DNA of 56,027 bases, counting the filler, from Platydemus manokwari (Eukaryota): NCBI GenBank assembly GCA_037951405.1. It is 4 parts of 4 records of this genome, joined end to end, with 100 filler letters (N's around TTAATTAATTAA, not from the genome) between each part and the next. Parts side by side here need not be neighbours in the genome. Positions count along the whole stretch, not along the records: positions 25,086 to 34,711 come from JBBMOY011224321.1; positions 34,812 to 56,027 come from JBBMOY010000008.1; 2 more parts are not named here. One strand, written 5' to 3'. A model generated the notes under the pieces. That model did not search any database. It saw only the letters and a program-made list of their open reading frames with translations, and was not told the origin of the DNA. A program made the position numbers and the translations under genes. Positions 27,814 to 37,907 of this stretch are shown piece by piece. How positions within the stretch are numbered: the stretch's first letter is position 1; each line of letters begins with the position of its first letter.

Positions 27814-27955
27814 AATTTAATTAAAAATATGTATCAATGAACAATCTTGTCCTGCGATACTGGAACCTGGTGTTTGTTCCACTCAAGTTGAACTCCGCAA
27901 CTCATTTACTATTGATGAGGTTCAACTTTAGAATTTAATTAAAAATATGTATCAA
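27814..27955. repeat. 94-bp insertion (27838-27931) flanked by a perfect 24-bp direct repeat; homologous to 30830-30923
   Basis: aatttaattaaaaatatgtatcaa occurs at 27814-27837 and 27932-27955. The insert differs from 30830-30923 at about 13 of 94 positions by hand alignment. Confidence 0.9.
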
Positions 27956-28029
27956 ATATATTGTTATAGTTAAATATTAAAGAATTGTTTAAATAATATT
28001 GTATTTAAAATAATTTAGAAAATAATTAA

Positions 28030-29266
28030 ATGATTGGCAAGTTATTTAAAGATTATCAACGAATAGATGGTAGGCATATTCATGAATATAGAAACATCTC
28101 AATTAGGTTTCCAAAAAATTCTAACAAACTTTCAACGTCCTGTTTGATTTCCTATGGAAAAACTTCTGTATTATCTCGAATTAGCTCCGAAGTCGTTGAG
28201 CCTAAATCAAACCATCCAAGTAGAGGATTGATAAAACTTAATTTGGATACGTCATTTTTAAAGGATAATTCCAGTAGCTAAGTATTAAATTACAATATTT
28301 TGTTATTATCTTTTTATGATTAGATAAGCTTCGTCACTCTACTGATGAAGCTTTAAAACTTGAACCTATAATAAAAGACTGTTTAAGAGACGCCATAGAT
28401 ATGGATTCGTTGTGTATTTGTGCTGGAGAACGTGTTTTTTGTATCAATATAGATATTAAAGCCCAAACTGATGATGGGAACTTGTTAGATGTAATTGTAC
28501 TTTCTGCATTGATTGGGCTGAAAAGATTTAAGAGGCCAGATGTTACAATTGGTGAATCCGGAAATGTATAGTAAATTTAAATAATAATTGAATAAATTAA
28601 ATCTTTAATTTTTTTAACACGTTTTTAATAATGATATAATAAATTTTATAATTGCATTGTTAGATTATTGTACATGATGATATGAAAGAAAAAGAACCAG
28701 TGGCTCTTCAAATGAAACAATTACCGATTTTTGTGACTCTTGGAATAGCAATGGATTCGAATTTGATTATTCTCGATCTTAACAAACAAGAAGAAGAAAC
28801 ATTGGATAGTAAATTGGTATTCGGTATGACACCCACTGGCGATCTGTGCTGTATGTATCCATTGGGTTCTAATTTATGGACAAATGATTCTTTTCTCGAT
28901 CGATGCATCAAGCTTGTTGAATCCAAAGTCGGTGCTTTGAAGCATTTAATTACCGAAGCTGTTCAGACTCAAGAATCGAAATTGGAAACGATTATCATTA
29001 ATTCTACTTCATATCTTCCAAATCATCCAGTTTTCGCCGACAATGCATCTCTTGATATTGAAATGGAAACAGAAAAACCGATCAATGACGCTCCCGAAGG
29101 TTGATTGTTGATAAATAGTTTTGATTATTTTATGATATCGCCATCAGTTATTGAAGGATCTGACGACATGGAAATCGAGAGCGATAATGACGTTGAAGAA
29201 ATTGCCAATGATGATTGGAATCGAATTGATCAGTTAATAGCGCACACGCAAACTTTTTCGCATTAG
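28030..29266 (+). CDS. EXOSC9: Exosome complex component RRP45; exons 28030-28273, 28324-28565, 28664-29099, 29148-29266
   Basis: RIDGRHIHEYRNISIRF, EPKSNHPSRG, IDMDSLCICAGERVF, DDGNLLD, FKRPDVT and EKEPVALQMKQLPIFVT are RRP45 motifs. GT-AG introns of 50, 98 and 48 nt keep the frame. The last acidic exon is less certain. Confidence 0.9.
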
Positions 29267-29400
29267 AGAAGCCAGAAATCGTCGAATAAATCATTTATCT
29301 CGTCCATCTTAAAATCTAAGCATTTATTGATTTTTGAAATTTGTTTATTTGAAATTTTTTTTTAAAAATCAATAATTTTTTAAATAATAATTTTAAAATA

Positions 29401-29604
29401 TGTTTGTCGTTGAGAGGAAAACCAATTGTGATTGATGGGCCAATGAGATATCAGTGAGTGAGTAGGCAATTTAAGGTTTTCACCAGGTCGAGATTGTTCT
29501 CGAATCGGTTCTCATTTCATTTTTTCGAAATAATTGTAAATATAAATTGTTACACGTGTGACGAGAATATTATAATTTGAATGTGTGTCATTTGGTGGGT
29601 TAAC
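29401..29604 (+). mobile_element. Possible LTR (29401-29590) followed by a PBS-like TGG motif
   Basis: Starts TGT, ends ...GTCA at 29590, then tt-TGGTGGGTTAAC, and contains CCAAT boxes. No second LTR is seen. Confidence 0.3.
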
Positions 29605-29640
29605 TCTTTAACTTGTGTAAACTCACAGATTGGGTTCAAG

Positions 29641-29911
29641 CAGTAGTTTTTGCAACCAGTGTTCCGCGGAACATTAGGGTTCCGCCAGTACATCCCGAGC
29701 TTCTTCAACTTCTAAATTAGAACAACGAACAAATAATCAACATGTTAAATTCAATTTCCAGAATATATTTTATAATTATTTCATTATTTTTATTATTAGT
29801 TATTGTTTAAATATACTAAATTTAACATAATTAAACTCGCTGCAGGGGTTCCTCGATCCAGAAGAATGTTTCCATGGGATTCTTCTCCAGCAAAAAGGTT
29901 AAAACCAACTG
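29641..29911. mobile_element. 271-bp degenerate hAT (Charlie-type) MITE
   Basis: Imperfect TIRs CAGTAGTTTTTGCAACC / GGTTAAAACCAACTG, subterminal GTTCCGC/GGTTCCTCG motifs, and TSD GGTTCAAG vs GATTAAAG (6/8). Confidence 0.65.
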
Positions 29912-30599
29912 GATTAAAGATTACACAACTTGAATTCATAACAGAACTCAACAAATCATATATTATATTCAATATCTGACTCCTTGTATAAAGTATTTAC
30001 CGGAATTATTATGAACAATCCAATTTCGTGTTTTAATTACCATTTGATATCACTATTTAATATGACCAAATATAATACAGATTTAATAAAGTGTTATAAT
30101 TAAATAAATTTTTCTTTAATTATTAATTTAATATCTTATCTATATTTGCACTCTTCCATAAATTATAGTGAGATGACTAACAATTAGGTGAATAAGAAAT
30201 ATGGAAAAACAACCAGAAGTTGTTTGAGAGGTCATATTGTTGATCAACGATGAAAACCAATTCTTGACATTACAAACTAGATAGTACATAGGAGAAAATC
30301 TTGCCTGACAAATATAGAGTTGATGCCCTTCTTTGTGAAGTACAGTGATGATTTAAACAATAAAAGAATATTAATACATTATGTTAAAAAATGTTAATCT
30401 GTTCTAAGATTAGAATTGTAATATTCAAATGAAAAATAATATCAACAAATAATAATAAATAAAAAAATACAAGTAAATTAATTGATTATTGATAATAAAG
30501 AAAAACAAAGCATAAAATAATCAATTTATAATTAACAAGTACATAAATTAAAGTCTATTATAAAAGTAAGAATAAAGAAAGAATTAACATAATAGCGAA

Positions 30600-32500
30600 A
30601 AATCAAAACACAATGTCTTCGAAGCAGGGCAGTCGCTTCGTAACTATGATCGAAAATGTAAGATTGTTCGCCGTCAACTCAGCTTAGTATTACCTCCTTT
30701 TGTGAGATAGGACGAAAGTCTTTGCTTAAAGTGGTCCAGTCAGGTTTCTCTCAGGATTCTAGGCTTGCAAAAAAAAATAAGCGAATTAACTATTAGTCGA
30801 TTCAGTCTTGATTCTTACGAATTAAGGCTAATGAACGATCTTGTCCTAGGATACTGGAACCTGGTGTTTGTTTCTCTCGAGTTGAACTAAACCAATTCAT
30901 ATACTATTGATGAGGCTCAACTTCTCATTATGAGTAAAGTTTGGTACTTCGAGTAATGAACAAGCAATTGGCGATTTGAAACGATTCAATTTCTATGGAA
31001 AATGTTTGTTACCTTTGGGTTTAAGTAATGACACTAAAACTTCTATTGATCGCTAGCGAAAGGCACAATATTAGGTTATACTTCCCAGTGCACTGTTGAT
31101 ACCAGAACAGGTTAGGAAATAGTGAAGCTTGGCCGATGTATCTAGCAAAATATGGGATCTTCCTAAGTTTTGGCTTGTTTGCGATAGATTGTTTGGGCTT
31201 CTAATTGATTGTGTTGAAATTTGTTGCTTGTTGTTGACTGATTTCTTCCTTTTTATATAAGGTTCAAAATCAATTTAATCTCATTTTGGAGAAAACCAAG
31301 GTAAAAACAATAGGTCTAGAATCATTTTTAGTTTAAAATCAGAAAACCTCTTCTAATTCGTTAAGGTTTCGTTCCGGAATTTTCGTTTTTTCTGCTACGT
31401 TGATTTATTTGTTTTACTAAACTTAATCCTATTTGATACCACTTCTGTCTTAATCAGTCTCTAAGAGTTCTTGATTAAAGCCACAGGCGTAATTTACCTT
31501 ATATTGATGTTCCTTCACCTCGCACAGCCTTATTGTATGATGACAATAGGTGTGGCAGTAGTGATATATTTTACTTAACCTAACTATCAGTCTCAAATTA
31601 TTTAAAACCACAATCCTCTTTAAAAACTGTTAACCATATTTCCTTTTAAAATAATTATGAATAATGATTTTACGATCCCTATATGAATGAGAACTAAAAC
31701 TTGTTGTGACAAATATTTATTAATAATGACACTAATACAAAAACAACTGTTTAATAATAACAAAATAGGTTTACAAATGGGTTTAGAACGACAACATACA
31801 TCAAATTACGCTTATAAGGAACCTTACAACTTCCAGAATTAAAGACGGTTAACAAATTCTTTCTCTTCGAGCAGAATCGGTTACCTTTAAACAAACTCTA
31901 TAGTATGAATAAAAGATACGATATATAATATAGATTAGTATTTTGCAAAAAAGGAACTTACTTAGGGACATCCAGTAAACACTGGGCATATATAGGATAT
32001 TGTGCTTCTGCTCTGAACGATCTTCTACTGTGCACTAAATTGTCTTCCAAAATAACCTATTTTCGTGTAACTGTGGCAGTGAAAATTTGCAACTAGAGTT
32101 TTGGCAGTGAAATTTTGTCAACGAAAGTAATGTCAGTGTTGTTTGTGATTACTGCCTTATATATTGGCAGCGTGAATCACTCGCAGATATTCTCTGCGAT
32201 TAAATCTAATGCCAGTGAATTTATTCACTGTTGAGAGAAATTCTCTCTGAATATAAATATTAGACAGAGAAAATATCTCTCGATTGAATTTAATCGAGTG
32301 ATTATTTTATTCTGTGATATTATTTTCATGCTCGAAAATAGATGACAACTTATTTGTCGCTGTTAGTGCTCGATACCTTATTACGTATTGATATTTTGTA
32401 AATTAATTTATTATTTTAGGGAATTTCAACAGATTTGCACTGGGTGGGTTTACTGATATTATTATTTCACGTATATATAAATAATAATAATTATAAATAG
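30600..32500 (-). repeat. Copy C (most complete) of unclassified hairpin/intron/YSDSEE dispersed element
   Basis: 31430-32500 aligns along its length with 39365-40290. It contains the hairpin array (32152-32358), an intron-like unit (31961-31898) and TGGTATCA (31441-31434). The left boundary is approximate. Confidence 0.8.
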
Positions 32501-33559
32501 CGAAAATTGGAATTTTAAATGTAGGAGAAAAAGGAAAAGATTATGAATGATAAGAGTGAAAAATAAATTAAAATTATTAATCTAAGTGGATTTGAAAAAT
32601 ATTTTCAATATCCAATAAGAAAAAAGAAAATAATGATCTAAAACGATTATTCAGAATCCGTCATAGAAAACACTAAATAAGGAGTGGTAAAGCCACTATT
32701 TTCACTTACAAAATTTTGACTCTCACAACAGTTCTCAGATGATACTAAATGGATTTAAACGGACTAAACTAGTTAAAGAAGGATTCTATAAAAGTGTGAT
32801 ACGACAAAAGATAAAAGGTGTGATTTTAAATCAAGAAAATAATGCAGTTAAAGGGTCGGCCCATATTATATATATATCAACACAAAGGAGGTTCGCTATC
32901 TAAGCCTTCCTTAGTTGAACATTTTTAGTTAATCTGTGGGTTGTTAAACTGAGATACTGTTTGCTTGAATAACTAATTTTTTGAAAATTTAAAAGGGATT
33001 TTTTTATAGTTGTATAATAACACATTAACATTTGTATATTGTTATAAAAAGAAATAAATTTTATTTATATCATTGACTTTTATTGTTAAAGTTGTTTATT
33101 TATTGATTAAAACTATAGGAGCAAGCACCTACTGAATTGACATTGAGCTTTAACCTGTAGTCACTAACTCACATACATAGGTTGAAAACAGAAGCCCTAA
33201 ACCACAATATATTCCCAATAAATAAGTTAATTTGACATGACATTTAATTCTTTGAACAATGCATTATTTGTGTAAATAAAGAACTTTTTCATTTTTGTGA
33301 TCTTTCATTAAATTCCTAAATTAATAATCTCGGTTTATAGCTGTGATAATTAATTTAAATGAAAATAATTTTAAATAAAAATTTAAATACAATTTTTTTA
33401 ATTACGATTTAAAATAATTTAATAAATATTTTAAAATTTAATATTTTGAAATTTATATTTGATTGTTTTAAATAAAGTAATTTAAGTATTTATATCTATA
33501 CCTGATTAAGATTGAAAAAAAGCTCTCTAGAAATTTGTTTGAAAAATGTTTGATTTGTT

Positions 33560-34680
33560 ATAAAATAAATAGTTAGAAAATCGTAATAATGACTTCTTTT
33601 GTTGAAACATCAATTGCTCGTGAAGTAGCCGCTACTAACAATATTCATGAAATCCAGTTTCTTTTTAAAATAAGAAAAAGAACATGTGTCAATACATACA
33701 TAGATTTTTAAAGATATTACTCAACTTTTCGTCTAATTATTTACAAAATTTAACAGTAAAATATTTCTTCATCATCTTTACAAATTCTTTTTTCGTTTAT
33801 CCTTCAATGAATTTCAAATGTTTAACTTCTTCAGAGATTAATTTTAACAAATAATTTATTAATACATTCTTTATTTTTAATGATTGGCATTTTTTAATTT
33901 CTAATGAATTCGGGTCTTTTACTTGTTAAACAGATGTAAATTCTAAATTTTTTATTAGTTTTACCAATTTCGTTTACTAAATACTCTTATTTCTTCGATA
34001 CACTTTTCAAGATAGTTATTTTTGACAGCATATGTTTCATTCTCAGGATCTCCTAAGTTTTTTTTTGTGATTACTTAATTTATAATATCTTTTCATATAA
34101 TCTCCATTTTCATTAATATATTTTCAATCATAAATTCTTTCTCTTGCGTTGATCATATCTTAAACAGTTATCATATTATTTACTCAACTATAATCAAATT
34201 TATAAACTATAGACGTTTTTAAATATTAAAATTTAATAACTGGTGAGGAAATATTTTTATTTTAAAATTTAATTAACCAATTTTCCATATGTTCAATAAT
34301 ACATTCAAATTTTAATAAATTGGTTAATTGCCCACATAATTCTACTTCAGCCTGTATCTGAATTTCATTATACATAGAATCTTCCTTTTCAGATACGTTA
34401 TAAACTTTTTTAGTTGGTAAGATCCCAACGTGATACGATTTGATTTTAATGTTCCTCTATCGGGTTTCATAAGAATGATAGGTTTTTATTACTAACTACT
34501 TGTATTATGCTATTGATTTTACATTCAAAAACACTTTTTTGTATACTTTCGCTTGCATAAGGAATTTTACTAGCACCTGTTGGAATAGAGTATTCTATGT
34601 ACGTTTCTTGTTATTATCATTAATATTATAAACATAATTATTGGGTGTATAACCTTAAAATTTCGATTTGATAAAAGATG
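33560..34680 (-). pseudogene. Decayed coding-like region of unknown family
   Basis: Successive 30-55 codon open stretches (e.g. KSYHVGILPTKKVYNVSEKEDSMYNEIQIQAEVELCGQLTNLLKFECIIEHMENW) broken by stops, frameshifts and intron-like AT tracts. Confidence 0.3.
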
Positions 34681-34711
34681 TCGCTGGGAGTATTGCTTGC
34701 ATATAATGTCG

Positions 34712-34811
34712 NNNNNNNNNNNNNNNNNNNNNNNNNNNNNNNNNNNNNNNNNNNNTTAATTAATTAANNNNNNNNNNNNNNNNNNNNNNNNNNNNNNNNN
34801 NNNNNNNNNNN
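34712..34811. other. Artificial scaffold linker
   Basis: N44-TTAATTAATTAA-N44. Confidence 0.97.
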
Positions 34812-35130
34812 CTCTCTATCTATCTATTTACCTACCTCCCTACTTACCTATCAACCTCGATACATCTCTCCCTTTATCTATNNNNNNNNNNNNNNNNNNN
34901 NNNNNNNNNNNNNNNNNNNNNNNNNNNNNNNNNNNNNNNNNNNNNNNNNNNNNNNNNNNNNNNNNNNNNNNNNNNNNNNNNNNNNNNNNNNNNNNNNNNN
35001 NNNNNNNNNNNNNNNNNNNNNNNNNNNNNNNNNNNGCCCACCTCATGTATTTTGGTATTCAATTCAAAAAGACCTTGAAAGAATCAATCATTGGATTACA
35101 ACAAGAGAGAGAGAGAAAGACACAACTCAC

Positions 35131-35208
35131 CATCTGTAATATACTAGACACACTTGCCCAAGTTGCTTCCACGATGTTGTCTCCTCCATCGACCATTCCT
35201 TGGTAACC
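35131..35208 (-). CDS. PFK: Single internal exon of ATP-dependent 6-phosphofructokinase
   Basis: ttttatttccag|GYQGMVDGGDNIVEATWASVSSILQM|gtgagt is a 78-nt phase-0/0 exon matching animal PFK GYQGxVDGGDxIxEAxWxSVSxxLQ. Confidence 0.92.
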
Positions 35209-35754
35209 CTGGAAATAAAACAATCACTAACAAAAAGAAAACATTTTAAAAGAACAATTCATTTTGNNNNNNNNNNNNNNNNNNNNNNNNNNNNNNNNNN
35301 NNNNNNNNNNNNNNNNNNNNNNNNNNNNNNNNNNNNNNNNNNNNNNNNNNNNNNNNNNNNNNNNNNTGATCATATTTCATTATATATTACTCATTTATAA
35401 TAATAAACAATAAAATTATTTCTATTTTTCACATGTGATTTTTCATAACAATTAAAAATATTAATATCTCGATAATATTTTCTGCAGCTTTTAATTAATT
35501 TGCAAAATATTTTCAAACAACAATTGAACAAATTCAATTATAATCAATGCTAATAAAGAATTATTATTATTAAATAATAAATTATTATTTTATTAAACTT
35601 ATTTATTATTTATAATATAAATCCATACAATTCAGCAATCTTAAACCTCCCTGATTATTTTTGTGAGAATTTCACCACAGATATCGTTTTAATGATTTTG
35701 TGAATCAAAAAACATTGAATAGAACATTTTCAAACACTGAAAACAAATACCAAC

Positions 35755-37907
35755 CTGCTTAATAAAGCTGAGACGGGTTCAATGGTCTCAATATCCACAT
35801 CGACATCTTCTTCACCTTTATCTAAAACAGAACAAAATAAATATTAGTGATTCAGTATTGATATATATAAAACATTCATATTTGATAATTTCGAGAATAA
35901 TTTCATTTTCATCAAATACCAATTGTGAGAAAATGTGGAACAATTGAAAGCTGTTACTCCTCCATGAAAATATTTATTACCATTATTTAACTCAGACAAG
36001 CAATATGTTATTAATTCAATTAAATGCTGTGCGGGTTGATAATAATAATGACTTGATGATAATTGATAATGTGTAAATATTGATATTATCGAACAAAAAA
36101 AGCGTTTATAATTTTGTTTAGTTTGATGATGATATTGATTAATAATTCAACTATGAGAACTTGATCAATTTATTTTATATTTATTTTAGATATATCGATA
36201 TTTTAACGAGCAAATTAAGCTGATAAATAAAATTCAATCATTTTATTACATAAATATCGCCAAAATCATTTATTGATTGACAGAACAGATAATTTTACCT
36301 TTTTCATCATCAACTTGTTTGTCTTCATCTTCAACATCGAATTCCGATTCTCGTTCTTCATATTCAACGTTTTCATCAAGCTCTTTAAAATCCGGTGCAA
36401 ATGCTGACCAATTTTGCTGATTATTGAATTAATAACAATAAATCAATCAATAATTGTCATGACTTCTTACCACTTGAGTTTGAGCCCAAATCGAAACTTG
36501 TTCTTTAGTGATAGAATTCGACAATGAAACTATCACAGGTCTCAAAGGATGCCAAACAACATCTAGCAAGGTTTCACCTTTTTGACCGTGTAAAATTTTC
36601 ATCAATGTCCCACTGGAACGTTCCCATAAATAAATAGAATGTTGTTTCATTGATCCAGCACAGATATATTCGCCGTCACCAGAAAAACAACACTTTCGCC
36701 AATGATTTCTATTAAATCATATCTCATTTGAACAATAAGATATATTTATATAATTACCCTGTAACAATATCCCTTAATGAAAGACTAGGTTCGGGATCAA
36801 TCTCGTTATTTTTCAAAACATCCTGACAACTATATACTCTAATGACTCGATCAGCACAATTCAACAAGAAACATCTACACACATTAAGATCTAAACCATG
36901 ACCAAATTAGTAACATACTCTCCTCTTCTGGAAAATTCGATTGATTTTATGGACGAATTTGCCGTACTGGCACATCGAAATGTTCGCATTACTTGCAAAT
37001 TTTGACTATTATAAATCGTTACCTTAAATAACGTGTTAAAAATAATCCTTATATATTTTTAATAAAAATTTAATATCTAAAGCGTGAAGTCATAATATTC
37101 AAGTATATTTATGTTTTCAAGTGATATCATTTAATATATTACCTTTCCTTTTGAGTTACCAGTATATATGTAAGTACCTCTACGATCAAATGAAGCTACA
37201 ATTCCTAAATCATTCTAAATTAACAATCACAGATTATTATTTTTAATATTAGCCTTACATCATCTTCGAATTGTAAAATAGATCTCTGATAAGATACTGT
37301 ATTCAATATAACAGGAGCATGCCGCAAAGGACAAACTAAAATTTTTGTTGAATCTCTTGGATGAAATTGAACTTTCAAAACCGGACAGGGTAATCTAAAT
37401 GTTTCTTCCGCATCCCCTGTTAGAATATCCCAAATCGAGATATGATTGTCAGTCGAAGCACTTAATAACTTTCTACTATCACGGCTCCAACTATAAGAGG
37501 TGTAATTTCATAAGTGTAGTTGAACGTTTTACCTCACAGAACAAACAGGATGAACGTGAGCGGAAATGTATTTGATCATTCTACGTGTGCAATAATCCCA
37601 AATTTCTATTCTCCCATCATTGCAACCTATAGCAATCAGCCCACCACATCTATTAAATTGCAAAGTGATAGCATATGTTGCACATGAACTTTCTTTGGAG
37701 ACTTCGTCTTTTTTAATTCGCTCTAAATGCCCATCTGGGGCCTTAATATTACGTATATTTATATATATTATCAAATTGATCATAGTACCTCGGGATAGTT
37801 TTGATGAAAAGCTTCTAAATTAAAATTAAAGATAAGGAATGGATCGAATTTAAATTTTAAAAAACTAATAATTAGAAAAATAGATTACCCAATAATTCTA
37901 AATTCAT
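35755..37907 (-). CDS. RBBP5: Retinoblastoma-binding protein 5 (COMPASS/MLL WD40 subunit), 3'-incomplete; exons 37907-37889, 37814-37789, 37741-37533, 37490-37259, 37214-37143, 37022-36919, 36874-36758, 36708-36471, 36416-36299, 35821-35755
   Basis: MNLELLEAFHQNYPE, GCNDGRIEIWD, WRKCCFSGDGEYICAGS, LLDVVWHPLRP, NWSAFAPDFKELDENVEYEERESEFD and DVDIETIEPVSALLSS are present. Nine GT-AG introns (74, 47, 42, 44, 120, 44, 49, 54, 477 nt) keep the frame. The following exon was not found before the gap. Confidence 0.96.

Noticed and set aside
35042-35062. KIHE|gt as the preceding PFK exon
   Set aside because: It lies downstream of the GYQG exon on the minus strand (wrong order) and is too short to be significant.
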